Assembly (NCBI GenBank): GCA_045645505.1
Contig: JAZRIW010000024.1
Location: 6,189 to 70,188, forward strand
Reading direction: 5' to 3'
From: Fumia sp.
GTDB lineage: Bacteria > Bacillota > Clostridia > Oscillospirales > Ruminococcaceae
DNA: 64,000 nucleotides
In this document: in pieces, positions 9,953 to 20,072 of the stretch
How the letters are laid out: each line of letters starts with the position of its first letter
Position numbering within the stretch: position 1 is the stretch's first letter
Notes under the pieces: model-generated
Databases searched by the model: none
Told to the model about the DNA's origin: nothing
Seen by the model: the letters and a program-made list of their open reading frames with translations, nothing else
Made by a program: the position numbers and the translations under genes

Positions 9953-10780
9953 GTGGATAAAAACTCTTTTAAATTTTCTTATAAATCTTCTTATCAGGAA
10001 AATCTTTCACTAAGTATCTATAATGTCGGATATCAACGTTGCGAACCGGAATATTCCTGGGGGCCCGGCATACGGGACCATTATCTTCTTCATTATGTCA
10101 AAGAGGGTTGTGGTTTTTTAAAAACCCCCAATGAAGAATTTAAAGTGGAAAGTGGTTCTATTTTTCTTATAAAGCCTGCTGAAGTTGTATATTATGTTTC
10201 TGATAAGGACGAACCCTGGGAATATTATTGGGTAGGATTTAATGGTACTGAAGCACATCGTCTTATAAATCTGACACCTTTTTCTTCGGGAAACAGAGTA
10301 ATTAAAATTGCTAATGAAAATTTATCAACACTCTTAATGGAAATTTATAATCGGAGAGGAAACAGCTCTGCTTCTGAGGCAAAAATGTTAGGATTTTTGT
10401 ATCAATTTCTTGGAATTTTGATGGAAAACTCAGATAAAAGCTCACAAAAAGAAATCCGTACAAAATCTTATCTGAAACAAGCTATAAAATATATAAGTTA
10501 TAATTTCAGTAACGAATTATCTATTTCTGATATAGCAAAAGCGATAAACATAAGCCCAAGTCACCTTTACAGAGTTTTTTCTACTGAGCTTGATATGTCT
10601 CCGATAAATTTTTTAATGAAATATAGGATAAATGAATCCTGCAGTCTTTTAAAATATGGGAATCTATCAATAGGTGAAGTTGCCAATTCCGTCGGCTTTA
10701 CTGACCCTTTTTATTTTTCGAGAGTTTTTAAGAAGATAAAAGGTTTATCGCCAAGAGAATATATAAAACTTCAAAAATAA
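9953..10780 (+). CDS. AraC family transcriptional regulator, divergent from galKT
   Basis: AraC-binding N-domain (GPGIRDHYLLHYV, PWEYYWVGF) and C-terminal VGFTDPFYFSRVFKK. Confidence 0.92.
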   Translation: MDKNSFKFSYKSSYQENLSLSIYNVGYQRCEPEYSWGPGIRDHYLLHYVKEGCGFLKTPNEEFKVESGSIFLIKPAEVVYYVSDKDEPWEYYWVGFNGTEAHRLINLTPFSSGNRVIKIANENLSTLLMEIYNRRGNSSASEAKMLGFLYQFLGILMENSDKSSQKEIRTKSYLKQAIKYISYNFSNELSISDIAKAINISPSHLYRVFSTELDMSPINFLMKYRINESCSLLKYGNLSIGEVANSVGFTDPFYFSRVFKKIKGLSPREYIKLQK

Positions 10781-10853
10781 AATTATAATCTCTTAACACA
10801 GATATTAAAAATAGTGATGCATAATTTCCTTAGGAAATCTGCACCACTATTTT

Positions 10854-11615
10854 TTATTTTAATATGTTTGAAAATGCATTACTTGCTGCAGCTACATCGC
10901 CTGCACAATCATAGCTTTCTTCAGTTTCGTCCATAACGCCAACCAACAATAATGCAACAAAATTACCTTTTTCAACTATTTTGGCAGCTTCAAGACGTTC
11001 AATGTTTCCCATTACGCCATAATGCTCAAATTGTTGTTTCTGTGCGTCAAGCTTTGCTTCCAACGCCTTTTTTATTGCATCCTTTTTACCGTCTTTCGCT
11101 TCAACAACTATCATAATGTCACAGTTTGTCATAGAGCCCGCAAAAACACCTTTATAACCTACTGTATCATCAACAGAAATGTTGAATGCATCTTTTAATA
11201 CCGCATCATCAACATCCATAGGCATATTCATAATCGCCGCAGTTACACCACTATGACGGGAAACAATAGCTTTATCAAGTGCATTGTAAACATCTGTAGC
11301 AGTTACTGAAGGTTTTGAGGGAACTGATGACTGAGGTTCAGATTCCGGTTTTGGAATTGGTGGTTCTGTCGAAGATGAAGATTCAGGTTTTGACTGAGTC
11401 ACAGGTTTAGATTCTGCCACACTCTCTTCATAAATTTCATCCTTGGAAGATTCTTCTTCAGAGGGCTCTATAATATCTTCTGACGCACCTTCCTCCAAAA
11501 CAGATGAAGATTCTTCCATAGATGATAAATCACCATTAGCGAGTTTGTCTTTGCCGCAAGAAGCTAAAGCAAAAACCATTGTTATTATAAGTAAAATGCT
11601 GATTAATTTTTTCAT
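10854..11615 (-). CDS. Lipoprotein with S/E/P-rich linker and DUF4358-like C-terminal domain
   Basis: MKKLIS...LASC lipobox from ATG 11615 (SD AAGGAG); low-complexity linker. Confidence 0.7.
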   Translation of the reverse strand: MKKLISILLIITMVFALASCGKDKLANGDLSSMEESSSVLEEGASEDIIEPSEEESSKDEIYEESVAESKPVTQSKPESSSSTEPPIPKPESEPQSSVPSKPSVTATDVYNALDKAIVSRHSGVTAAIMNMPMDVDDAVLKDAFNISVDDTVGYKGVFAGSMTNCDIMIVVEAKDGKKDAIKKALEAKLDAQKQQFEHYGVMGNIERLEAAKIVEKGNFVALLLVGVMDETEESYDCAGDVAAASNAFSNILK

Positions 11616-11709
11616 ATAAAACTCCTTAAAATTAAGATTCCATAATAATGGTATCAAAAATAGCCCTTACTGTTGCAATATTTTTTAAAATATATAAAAC
11701 TTCATAAAC

Positions 11710-11745
11710 AAAAATGGCATCCTCTGCAAAGAAGATGCCATTTTT
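11710..11745 (-). terminator. Terminator after rplL
   Basis: AAAAATGGCATC...GATGCCATTTTT hairpin. Confidence 0.75.
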
Positions 11746-11770
11746 AAACGATTTTTAAAGAAAAATAAAA

Positions 11771-12145
11771 TTATTTGAGCTCGACTTTAGCGCCTGCTTC
11801 TTCTAATTTCTTCTTCATTTCTTCAGCGTCAGCTTTGGAAACGCCTTCTTTTACAGCCTTGGGAGCACCATCAACGATGTCTTTAGATTCTTTAAGACCA
11901 AGACCTGTGATTTCTTTAACTGCTTTGATAACGCCTGTTTTAGAAGCACCTGCTTCAACCAAAATAACGTCGAATTCAGATTTTTCTTCAGCAGCTCCGC
12001 CTGCAGCGGGAGCAGCAACTGCAACTGTTGCAGCAGCAGCGGATACACCGAATTCCTCTTCCAATGCTTTTACAAGATCAGCGAGCTCCAACACTGTGAG
12101 AGCTTTTACCTCTTCAATCATAGCTAATACTTTCTCTGAAGCCAT
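11771..12145 (-). CDS. rplL: 50S ribosomal protein L7/L12
   Basis: [26 protein letters not shown]. Confidence 0.98.
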   Translation of the reverse strand: MASEKVLAMIEEVKALTVLELADLVKALEEEFGVSAAAATVAVAAPAAGGAAEEKSEFDVILVEAGASKTGVIKAVKEITGLGLKESKDIVDGAPKAVKEGVSKADAEEMKKKLEEAGAKVELK

Positions 12146-12205
12146 TTTAATATACCTCCATAAAATAATTCTTTTTAATAAATTTTTTGTAACATTACGC
12201 TGTTA

Positions 12206-12709
12206 CTAGCATGCTTCTTTTTGATCTTTGATTTGGTTCAATACAACAGCAAAGTTGCGGATGACACCATTCAAGCCACCAAGAACCTGAGCGATGAGGA
12301 CTTCCTTTGAAGGAATGTTAGCAAGATTTTCTACACCTGCAACATCCAACATTTCTTCCTCTACAAATCCGGCTTTAATGTTAAAACCTTCCTTGTTTTC
12401 TTTTGCATATTTTGCAATAATTCTTGCAGGAGCAGTCATATCGCCCTCTGTCAATGCAACAGCAGTGGTGCCGTCTAAGTTTTTAGAAAAATCTGCAAAC
12501 TTGGAATCAGCTACTGCAAAACGAACAACAGAGTTTTTATACACAGAATAATCAACGCCTGCTTCACGAAGCTCTTTACGGAGCTTTGTATCATCAGCTA
12601 CGCTAATACCTTTGTAATCAACGAGTACACCTGCAACAGCAGTATCAAATTTTGCTTTTAAAGCAGCTACTGCTTGTTGTTTTTCGAGTAAAACTTTCTC
12701 ACTTGGCAA
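12206..12709 (-). CDS. rplJ: 50S ribosomal protein L10
   Basis: DYKGISV..LRKELR, VYKN, LANIPSKEVL; TTG start at 12709 after GGAGG. Confidence 0.96.
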   Translation of the reverse strand: MPSEKVLLEKQQAVAALKAKFDTAVAGVLVDYKGISVADDTKLRKELREAGVDYSVYKNSVVRFAVADSKFADFSKNLDGTTAVALTEGDMTAPARIIAKYAKENKEGFNIKAGFVEEEMLDVAGVENLANIPSKEVLIAQVLGGLNGVIRNFAVVLNQIKDQKEAC

Positions 12710-12739
12710 AGTTTTCACCTCCGTAATTTAGAGTTGTAA

Positions 12740-12870
12740 TAAAAAGCCCTTTCCACGCAAAACGAGGAAAGGGCAAAATAAAACAAAGCTTTATTTTTAC
12801 TTCTTCCTCGGCAGGTGGAGAACCCTTTACGCAACAATTTCTTGCTGCACCTACTGTCTTAGGAACAGTT
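12740..12870 (-). promoter_or_regulatory. L10 leader (ribosomal protein autoregulatory attenuator)
   Basis: TAAGACAGTAGGTG...TAAA...CACCTGCCGAGG followed by terminator GCCCTTTCC..GGAAAGGGCTTTT; own promoter TTGACA-17-TAAAAT at 12901-12873. Confidence 0.88.
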
Positions 12871-12909
12871 AAATTTTATCACAAGTTTTAAGACTTGTCA
12901 ATAACAAAT

Positions 12910-13602
12910 TTATACGCCGTATTTTGTAGTAGAAACTTTTACACCGGGGCCCATTGTAGAAGCAACTACGCAAGACTTGATGTACTGACCTTTTGATGTA
13001 GCGGGTTTTGCTTTAACAATAGCGCTCATCAAAGTTTCAAAGTTTTCAGAAAGTTTCGCTGCACCAAAAGAAGCTTTTCCGATGGGGCAGTGAATAATAT
13101 TTGTTTTATCCAAACGATACTCAATTTTACCTGCTTTTGCTTCAGTAACAGCTTTAGCAACATCAGGAGTAACAGTACCTGCTTTGGGAGAAGGCATCAA
13201 TCCACGAGGACCAAGAACCTTACCGAGACGACCTACAAGACCCATCATATCAGGTGTTGCAATAACTACGTCAAAATCCATCCAGCCTTCGGATTGAATT
13301 TTCTGTACGTACTCTTCACCTGCATAATCAGCACCTGCTTCTTCAGCAGCTTTAACGTTGTCGCCTTTACAAATAACTAAGATTTTTACAGTTTTACCTG
13401 TTCCGTTGGGCAATACTACTGCACCACGAACCTGCTGGTCAGCATGACGAGAGTCAACACCCAAACGAATATGAGCTTCGATTGTTTCATCGAATTTTGC
13501 TTTTGCACTTTTTACAGCCATATCCAAAGCTTCTTTAGCATCCAAAAGACTGTTGCGGTCGAAAGCTTTGAGGCTATCTGTATATTTTTTTCCGTGTTTC
13601 AT
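12910..13602 (-). CDS. rplA: 50S ribosomal protein L1
   Basis: [28 protein letters not shown]. Confidence 0.98.
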   Translation of the reverse strand: MKHGKKYTDSLKAFDRNSLLDAKEALDMAVKSAKAKFDETIEAHIRLGVDSRHADQQVRGAVVLPNGTGKTVKILVICKGDNVKAAEEAGADYAGEEYVQKIQSEGWMDFDVVIATPDMMGLVGRLGKVLGPRGLMPSPKAGTVTPDVAKAVTEAKAGKIEYRLDKTNIIHCPIGKASFGAAKLSENFETLMSAIVKAKPATSKGQYIKSCVVASTMGPGVKVSTTKYGV

Positions 13603-13622
13603 ACTAATATCCTCCCTATAAA

Positions 13623-13650
13623 GTGGTTAATAGCGGAATTTTCCTCCCAC
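13623..13650 (-). promoter_or_regulatory. L1-binding RNA element upstream of rplA
   Basis: GTGGGAGG...ACCAC stem typical of L1 operator sites. Confidence 0.6.
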
Positions 13651-13659
13651 AGCGGGCGG

Positions 13660-14085
13660 TTAATCCTCAACCTCAATACCCATAGAACGTGCGGTACCTG
13701 CAATCATGCGCATTGCAGATTCAACATTTGCTGCATTAAGGTCGGGCATTTTTTGTTCAGCAATCTTTTGTACCTGCTCTTTGGTAATTTTCGCAACTTT
13801 CTTCTTATTAGGTTCACCAGAAGCTGTCTCCAATCCGCAAGCTTTTTTAATGAGAACTGCAGCGGGGGGAGTCTTGGTGATAAAACTAAAGGAATGGTCA
13901 GCGTAAACTGTAATAACAACAGGGATAATCAATCCGATGTCATTCTTTGTACGCTCGTTGAATTCCTTTGTGAATCCCATAATATTAACACCGTGCTGAC
14001 CGAGAGCCGGACCAACCGGGGGTGCAGGTGTTGCTTTACCTGCGGGGATTTGCAATTTAATGTAGCCTATTACTTTTTGAGCCAT
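13660..14085 (-). CDS. rplK: 50S ribosomal protein L11
   Basis: [22 protein letters not shown]; true start ATG 14085 after GGAGG. Confidence 0.98.
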   Translation of the reverse strand: MAQKVIGYIKLQIPAGKATPAPPVGPALGQHGVNIMGFTKEFNERTKNDIGLIIPVVITVYADHSFSFITKTPPAAVLIKKACGLETASGEPNKKKVAKITKEQVQKIAEQKMPDLNAANVESAMRMIAGTARSMGIEVED

Positions 14086-14107
14086 TGATAAGCACCTCCA
14101 AAATAAC

Positions 14108-14145
14108 GTGGTAAGGCGGAAAAAGCCTCCGCTTCTTCCTCCCAC
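14108..14145 (-). promoter_or_regulatory. L1-binding RNA element upstream of rplK
   Basis: Second GTGGGAGG...ACCAC stem-loop. Confidence 0.6.
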
Positions 14146-14209
14146 ATTCAGAATAGAACAATATATTCTAAACTGAAAGTCGCCAAAAGGCGTCAGATAT
14201 TTTTCTTTT

Positions 14210-14734
14210 TTAGTCTTTTGCTAATTCAACCTGTCCGAGCTGTAATTCAACTAAAGTATCTCTACCGAACATAGAAACGGTAACAGAAACTTTATCCTTA
14301 TCAACATCGAGTTCCTCAACTTTGCCTATAAATCCTTCAAGCGGTCCGTGAATAATCTTAACGTTGTTGCCAACCTGATAATCCACTTCAACCGTTTTCA
14401 TCTCTACACCTAAATCCTCAATTTCCTTTTCAGTCAAAGGAATAGGCTTAGAACCGGGACCTACAAAGCCGGTAACACCTCTTATGTTTCTTACAACATA
14501 CCAGGAATCATCAGTCAAAATCATTTTTACTAAGACATATCCAGGAAAAATTTTGCGTTCAACCTCACGCTTTTTATCGTCTTTATATTCAACAACTGTT
14601 TCCGTAGGTACTCTTACCTCGAAAATTAGGTCCTGAAAACCTTGGTTTTCTACAACCTTCTCTATATTTTGTGCAACTTTGTTTTCATACCCGGAATAAG
14701 TGTGAATAACATACCATCTTGGTGTTTCTGACAT
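14210..14734 (-). CDS. nusG: Transcription termination/antitermination factor NusG
   Basis: [24 protein letters not shown] motif, MFGR.T.VEL. Confidence 0.98.
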   Translation of the reverse strand: MSETPRWYVIHTYSGYENKVAQNIEKVVENQGFQDLIFEVRVPTETVVEYKDDKKREVERKIFPGYVLVKMILTDDSWYVVRNIRGVTGFVGPGSKPIPLTEKEIEDLGVEMKTVEVDYQVGNNVKIIHGPLEGFIGKVEELDVDKDKVSVTVSMFGRDTLVELQLGQVELAKD

Positions 14735-14764
14735 AATCAGACCTCCGATAAATTAAGCATTAAG

Positions 14765-15013
14765 TTAAATTCCCAAGGATAAATTTCTTAATAATCCAAG
14801 TAATGCGTCAATAATCCAAATAGCCGCACCAACCAAAAACATGGCTATAAATACAACTACTGTATTATTAACAAGTTGTTTTTTAGAAGGCCAAACTATT
14901 TTCTTGGCCTCGCTACGAAAATCCTTGAAGAAACGAGAAAATCTTTTAAAAAGACCATTTTTCTTCTCCTTCTTGGCTTTTTCAGGAGCTTTTGCAGCAA
15001 TTTTATCAGCCAT
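14765..15013 (-). CDS. secE: Preprotein translocase subunit SecE
   Basis: EAKKIVWPSKKQL plus single TM helix, between rpmG and nusG. Confidence 0.93.
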   Translation of the reverse strand: MADKIAAKAPEKAKKEKKNGLFKRFSRFFKDFRSEAKKIVWPSKKQLVNNTVVVFIAMFLVGAAIWIIDALLGLLRNLSLGI

Positions 15014-15034
15014 AATCAAATCTCCTCTCTCCGC

Positions 15035-15184
15035 TTACTTAGTTTCTTTATGAAGCGTGTGTTTTTTGCAGAAACGACAATACTTGTTCATTTCCAGCCT
15101 GTCCGGATCGTTCTTCTTGTTTTTCATTGTGTTGTAATTACGTTGTTTGCATTCTGCGCAAGCTAAGGTAATTTTAACCCTCAT
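15035..15184 (-). CDS. rpmG: 50S ribosomal protein L33 (zinc-binding C+ form)
   Basis: Not in ORF track; [56 protein letters not shown]. Confidence 0.97.
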   Translation of the reverse strand: MRVKITLACAECKQRNYNTMKNKKNDPDRLEMNKYCRFCKKHTLHKETK

Positions 15185-15352
15185 CTTCGGCACCTCCTGT
15201 ATAGTCGGACTGTGTTTGCCTCCCTCAAAAAGGAGAACTCTCTCAAAAGTTTTTAAAAAACCTTATGGAAATGGGTGGGCGCATAGCCCTTCAGAAATAA
15301 AAAATTTCTATTTTTTTGCACAAAAAAATAAACCCTTTTAGAGGTAATAACA

Positions 15353-15381
15353 ATTTTATCACAGTATGTCTATCTTGTCAA
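15353..15381 (-). promoter_or_regulatory. Sigma-A promoter of the rpmG-secE-nusG-rplKA cluster
   Basis: TTGACA-17-TAAAAT with TG extension. Confidence 0.7.
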
Positions 15382-15568
15382 CAGTATTTAGGATTTTTTT
15401 TATAAGTTTTAAAATTTCTTACATTTTGTCAATGAAATAAGTTTTTTTAAACGATTTGTTGTATAAAATGTAAAGGTGTTAACTAAAAATCTATAGAAAT
15501 TTTATCTTATACAAAAAATGGAGTGTTAAAATCTTTCGTTTTAAACACTCCATCTTATTATGTATTTA

Positions 15569-16144
15569 TTAAAGTGCTACAATTTCGCCAAGGACTTCAC
15601 CTACACAGCCTGCAGCATTTGCTTCGTCTGTATCAAGGTGCATAGCTGCTGCAAAGTTCTCATTAACTCTTACAACAACATCGCCGAAAATAATTTTTCT
15701 TTCAGGAGTTTCAACTTTTACCCAAACAATATCTTTATCTTTTACACCCTGTTCTTCAGCATCTGCAGGAGTAAAATGAATATGACGTTTTGCAATAATC
15801 ACGCCTTCATTTAATTCAACTTCACCACAAGGGCCTACAAGTTTACAAGGAGCTGAACCTTTTGTATCTCCGGATTCACGTATAGGAGCAACCACGCCAA
15901 GTGTACGCGCATCAGAAGCACTGATTTCAACCTGAGTTGCATTTCTTTCAGGGCCTAAGATGGAAGCGTTAAACTGACCTTTAGGACCTACAACGGTTAC
16001 TTTTTCAGCACAAGCAAATTGTCCGGGCTGAGAAAGGTCTTTTTTATTAGTGAGCTTTGCACCATCACCAAAAAGTGTTTTGAAATCTTCTTTGGAAACA
16101 TGCAGATGTCTTGCAGATGTTTCAACGATAAATTTTTTTGCCAT
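15569..16144 (-). CDS. pduL: Phosphate propanoyl/acetyltransferase PduL
   Basis: SARHLH, DLSQPGQFA, RESGD, AKRHIH, MHLDTDEANA. Confidence 0.92.
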   Translation of the reverse strand: MAKKFIVETSARHLHVSKEDFKTLFGDGAKLTNKKDLSQPGQFACAEKVTVVGPKGQFNASILGPERNATQVEISASDARTLGVVAPIRESGDTKGSAPCKLVGPCGEVELNEGVIIAKRHIHFTPADAEEQGVKDKDIVWVKVETPERKIIFGDVVVRVNENFAAAMHLDTDEANAAGCVGEVLGEIVAL

Positions 16145-16241
16145 ATTTATTCCTCCATTTTAATATTTCCTATATATTATATGACTTTTATCCTTTAAGG
16201 TCAAGAGTAAAATAAAAAGAGGTGGTAAAACCACCTCACAT

Positions 16242-16502
16242 TTATCTTGGTTCCACAATCAATTTGATAGCTGTACGTTCAGAGCCATCAATTTCGACAT
16301 TAGCAAAAGCAGGTACACATACCAAATCAATACCTGTCGGAGCAAGATAGCCTCGTGTGATTGCAACAGACTTTATCGCCTGATTAACAGCTCCGGCACC
16401 TACAGCCTGAATTTCAACAGCACCTTTTTCTCTTATAACACCGGCAATAGCCCCTGCTACTGAATTAGGAACAGATTTAGCGGAAACTTTTAAGACATCC
16501 AT
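16242..16502 (-). CDS. spoVS: Stage V sporulation protein S
   Basis: LKVSAKSVPNSVAGAIA, GAGAVNQA, ERTAIK. Confidence 0.95.
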   Translation of the reverse strand: MDVLKVSAKSVPNSVAGAIAGVIREKGAVEIQAVGAGAVNQAIKSVAITRGYLAPTGIDLVCVPAFANVEIDGSERTAIKLIVEPR

Positions 16503-16597
16503 CGTATTCCCTCCCAAAAATTAAATATCTCATAAATCCAGTAAAATTATATTATATATTCACACTTTTTTCAATAGTTTATTGATAAATTTGTAAA

Positions 16598-17365
16598 TTA
16601 TGTCAGTATTTCGCGTCGAATTTTGGTACATTTGCCAGTTTTTTTATCTAAATCAACAATTACACCTTCAATTTTACATTCCGTGTCAGGTACGACAAAC
16701 CTGGTAGGCAAACGAGTAGTCATTTTCCTTACGATATTTTCAGGTGTTATGCCCAAAATTGATTTTATCGGGCCCGTCATTCCAAGGTCGGAAATATACC
16801 CCGTACCCTTTGGAAGAATTTGCTCATCAGCAGTCTGCACATGAGTATGGGTGCCGACAACTGCAGAAACTCTGCCATCCAGATAATAAGCAAGTGCCAT
16901 TTTTTCTCCGGTCGCTTCAGCATGAAAATCCACTATATAAAAATCAGCTTCTACTCTGTCCAGAATTTTATCACAAGCTTTAAACGGACAATCAATCGCA
17001 TCCATATATACTTGCCCTAAAACATTAATCACACAAAGAGTCCATGCACCTGCATCCAAAATATAATAACCATTCCCATAACAATTCTCATTAAAATTTG
17101 CAGGACGGATTAAATTCGGATGTTCATCAATATAATCCTGTATTTCATGTCTTTTAAAAACATGGTTTCCGCTTGTTATTACATCTACACCGCTATCAAA
17201 TAAAAAATCCGCTGAATGAGGTAAAATCCCATTCCCTACAGCAGAATTTTCCCCATTTGCTATTACCGCATCTATTTGATTTTCTTTTTTATACTCAGGA
17301 AGTTTTTTTCTTAAAAATTCACACCCTTGCTGGCTGATAACATCACCAATCAAAAACACTCTCAT
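16598..17365 (-). CDS. ymdB: YmdB family metallophosphoesterase
   Basis: GDV, ANGEN, GNH, DFHAEAT.EK, GTHTHVQTAD, DLGMTGP. Confidence 0.92.
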   Translation of the reverse strand: MRVFLIGDVISQQGCEFLRKKLPEYKKENQIDAVIANGENSAVGNGILPHSADFLFDSGVDVITSGNHVFKRHEIQDYIDEHPNLIRPANFNENCYGNGYYILDAGAWTLCVINVLGQVYMDAIDCPFKACDKILDRVEADFYIVDFHAEATGEKMALAYYLDGRVSAVVGTHTHVQTADEQILPKGTGYISDLGMTGPIKSILGITPENIVRKMTTRLPTRFVVPDTECKIEGVIVDLDKKTGKCTKIRREILT

Positions 17366-17378
17366 ATTTTAATCCTTT

Positions 17379-18260
17379 CTATTTTGAAGCATTTTTCAAA
17401 AGGGCAACAAGCTCATCTTCAGTATATTTATATTTTTTATCACAAAAATGACAGCAAATCTCGGTGCCTTTATCTTCTTTTATAAGTATTTCAAGCTGTT
17501 CTCGCCCCATACTTATAAGAGCTCTTTCCACTCTTTCTTTACTGCAATCGCAACGATAAACAGGCATCGATTCATCTAAAATTTCAGGCTCAAGATCTTT
17601 AAGAAGCAAATTGCATATATCGGGAGGAGTGAGTCCCTCATCAATCATAGTGGATACAGGTTTAATTTCATTAATATTTTTTTCGATAACTTCAATTGCT
17701 CCTTCATCAGCAAACGGAAGAAGCTGAACCAAAAATCCTCCCGCTGATTTCACTGTGAGATCAGGATTTACTAACACTCCCAACGCACATACAGTAGGGG
17801 TTTGTTCACTTACAGCATAATAGCTTGTAATATCTTCAGCAATCTCACCGGAAACAATCGGAGTTTGCCCAACATAAGGTTCTTTAAGCCCCAAATCCCT
17901 GATAACACTGAGATACCCATCCGTACCTACAGCACCTGATACATCAAGCTTACCTTTAGAATTAAGAGGGAGCTCAACTACAGGGTTTGAAGGATAAGCT
18001 TTAACGTTTCCCATACTGTCTGCAACTGCGATAACAGAACCCACAGGGCCATTTCCATTTAAACGCAGTGTAATACTGTCATTTTCCCCTTTTAACATAC
18101 TTCCCATTATTGCCGCTGCAGTGGCAAGTCTGCCTGTCGCAGCGGTAACAACCGCAGAGGTTTTATGGATACTTTCAATTTTCCCTGCAATATCAGTAGA
18201 ATCAATAGCTACAGCCATAACCGAACCATCTTTGGAAATTGCTCTTGTTAAACGCGCCAT
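17379..18260 (-). CDS. hslO: Hsp33 redox-regulated chaperone
   Basis: SGEIAED, SEQTPT, C-terminal CDC...CHFC zinc site. Confidence 0.95.
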   Translation of the reverse strand: MARLTRAISKDGSVMAVAIDSTDIAGKIESIHKTSAVVTAATGRLATAAAIMGSMLKGENDSITLRLNGNGPVGSVIAVADSMGNVKAYPSNPVVELPLNSKGKLDVSGAVGTDGYLSVIRDLGLKEPYVGQTPIVSGEIAEDITSYYAVSEQTPTVCALGVLVNPDLTVKSAGGFLVQLLPFADEGAIEVIEKNINEIKPVSTMIDEGLTPPDICNLLLKDLEPEILDESMPVYRCDCSKERVERALISMGREQLEILIKEDKGTEICCHFCDKKYKYTEDELVALLKNASK

Positions 18261-18279
18261 ATAAAAATCCTTTCTTGTT

Positions 18280-18311
18280 AAAAAGCTGTCCGGTTTACGG
18301 ACAGCTTTTTT
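18280..18311. terminator. Hairpin/terminator between methyltransferase gene and hslO
   Basis: AAAAAGCTGTCCG-GTTTA-CGGACAGCTTTTT. Confidence 0.7.
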
Positions 18312-19053
18312 ATATGTGTTTTACAACATAAATAAGACGTTGTTCATTTTCTGAAGGCGGATCAAAAGAATCCTCACTATAAATTGCACAAATAGCAAGA
18401 TTTGCTTCCTTTAATGCACTTTCAATCTGCAAAGGAGAATATGCCCTTTCAGAAAAACTATCCTCCATACGAATAAAATTATCGCCATTTTCAGAAACAA
18501 AAATATCTAAATCCATTTTTACAATATCATTATCAGAAATGCTGTTTTGCCAGACGCAATAAACATTTCCATAATCATAAACAAAGGTATTATTTGCTAA
18601 AATTTCACGATGCTTATATACAGTATTTACATCAAAAATAAAGACTCCATCAGGATGTAAAAAAAGCGATACCTTTTTCAAAGCATTGATAAAATCATCA
18701 TAATCTGTAAGATGATTTAAACTGTCGAGTGCTGAAATTGCCACATCCACTGTCCCATAAAGATCCAGTTCTGTCATATTTTGATTGAGATACATTATAT
18801 CCTTTTGATTTTCAAACTTCTTTTCCAATGCAACAGACAGCATTTCCTCAGAAGAATCTACACCGATAACATCATATCCCAAATCGCTTAATGGCTCACT
18901 TAATTTTCCCGTACCACAACCTAAATCGAGCAGAATACCATGAAATCCGCCATGTTCTAAAACAAGCTTATCAAAATACCCTGCACGTTTTTTATAATCT
19001 ATTTCGGAAGTGAGCAAATCATAAACATAGGCAAAATTACAGTAATTACTCAT
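18310..19053 (-). CDS. Class I SAM-dependent methyltransferase
   Basis: FAYVYD, LDLGCGTG, GVDSSEEML; ATG 19053 overlaps the upstream gene end. Confidence 0.88.
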   Translation of the reverse strand: MSNYCNFAYVYDLLTSEIDYKKRAGYFDKLVLEHGGFHGILLDLGCGTGKLSEPLSDLGYDVIGVDSSEEMLSVALEKKFENQKDIMYLNQNMTELDLYGTVDVAISALDSLNHLTDYDDFINALKKVSLFLHPDGVFIFDVNTVYKHREILANNTFVYDYGNVYCVWQNSISDNDIVKMDLDIFVSENGDNFIRMEDSFSERAYSPLQIESALKEANLAICAIYSEDSFDPPSENEQRLIYVVKHI

Positions 19054-19339
19054 CTTCTTTAAGACGGTCAAATATCACGGAATATCCGTCACAACCATAT
19101 TGCAAAGAACGATTAACGCGGCTTATAGTAGCGGTACTTGCACCGGTCTCATTAACAATATCACTATAAACCTTATTTTCACTGAGCATTTTTGCAACCT
19201 GGAAACGTTGTGCCAAAGCCTTAAGTTCCTGAACTGTGCATAAATCCTCAAAAAAAGCGTAACATTCTTCCATATTTTCTAATTTTAAAATTGCATTAAA
19301 CAAAAACTCAACATTAAATCCTTTTAGTTTATCGTTCAT
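19046..19339 (-). CDS. TrpR-like YerC/YecD protein
   Basis: FFEDLCT..E...AQR..VA, GASTATISRVNR.L.YG..GY. Confidence 0.9.
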   Translation of the reverse strand: MNDKLKGFNVEFLFNAILKLENMEECYAFFEDLCTVQELKALAQRFQVAKMLSENKVYSDIVNETGASTATISRVNRSLQYGCDGYSVIFDRLKEDE

Positions 19340-19403
19340 TTTTGCACCTCGCTAATTTTATTCATATTAAAATTTTAGCACTATAAAGCGAGAAAGTCAA
19401 CAC

Positions 19404-20072
19404 CTAATAACCTAAACTTTCTTTCACTAAAATAATCTTGATTCTGTCTTTATTTCTCTGATGCGCACTTACAACATAATCAGCACAAATTCTCATTGCA
19501 GAATCGCACCCTTTTGAACAATCAATATTAAAATCCCCATCTTTTACAGAAATACAATGTCCCATTTTTGCACAATAAGTATCAAACTTAAGACGCGATG
19601 CATTTGCAGGTGCAACTAAAGTTTTTACTCTTTTTACTGCCTCTTTAAGATCAGGAACTATTTTATTTATCCCCACAACCATTATAACTGTTTTTGGCCC
19701 ATATAAAATAGCGGAAACGCGATTTGCATTACCATCCACGTTATAAAGCTCACCATTTTCAGTTATGGCATTACTGCTGCAAAGATAAAAATCAGAGGTG
19801 AAAGCTTTTCGATAAATATCATTTTTTTCGTCAAGTGTCAAACCTTCTTTGTCTCTGTCAAGAAATTGATAATCACCGCTTTTTAAAAGATCAATCACTC
19901 CACTTTCATATAATGACACAGAACCGCCGCAAGTAATCAAAGCACCCGGAGTCAAAAGCTCTTTTACCTTTAAAACCGCTTCATTTTTATCCGATACTAA
20001 AAAAACCTGCATATTATTTTTTTCAAGATTTTCAATGGTTTTTTGTATTCTGGCTTCAATAATTTCACTCAT
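19404..20072 (-). CDS. LUD-domain (lactate utilisation-type) protein
   Basis: GGSVSL, SSNAITENGELYNVDG..NRV, GINKIV. Confidence 0.85.
   Translation of the reverse strand: MSEIIEARIQKTIENLEKNNMQVFLVSDKNEAVLKVKELLTPGALITCGGSVSLYESGVIDLLKSGDYQFLDRDKEGLTLDEKNDIYRKAFTSDFYLCSSNAITENGELYNVDGNANRVSAILYGPKTVIMVVGINKIVPDLKEAVKRVKTLVAPANASRLKFDTYCAKMGHCISVKDGDFNIDCSKGCDSAMRICADYVVSAHQRNKDRIKIILVKESLGY

Noticed and set aside
10854-12145. rpoBC missing downstream of rplL
   Set aside because: Separation of rpoBC from rplJL occurs in many Clostridia; a normal terminator follows rplL.
13444-14088. 214-aa plus-strand ORF and similar long antisense ORFs (11775-12209, 39536-40111, 40469-41095, 51468-52004)
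   Set aside because: Antisense to highly expressed, codon-biased genes; no recognisable motifs.
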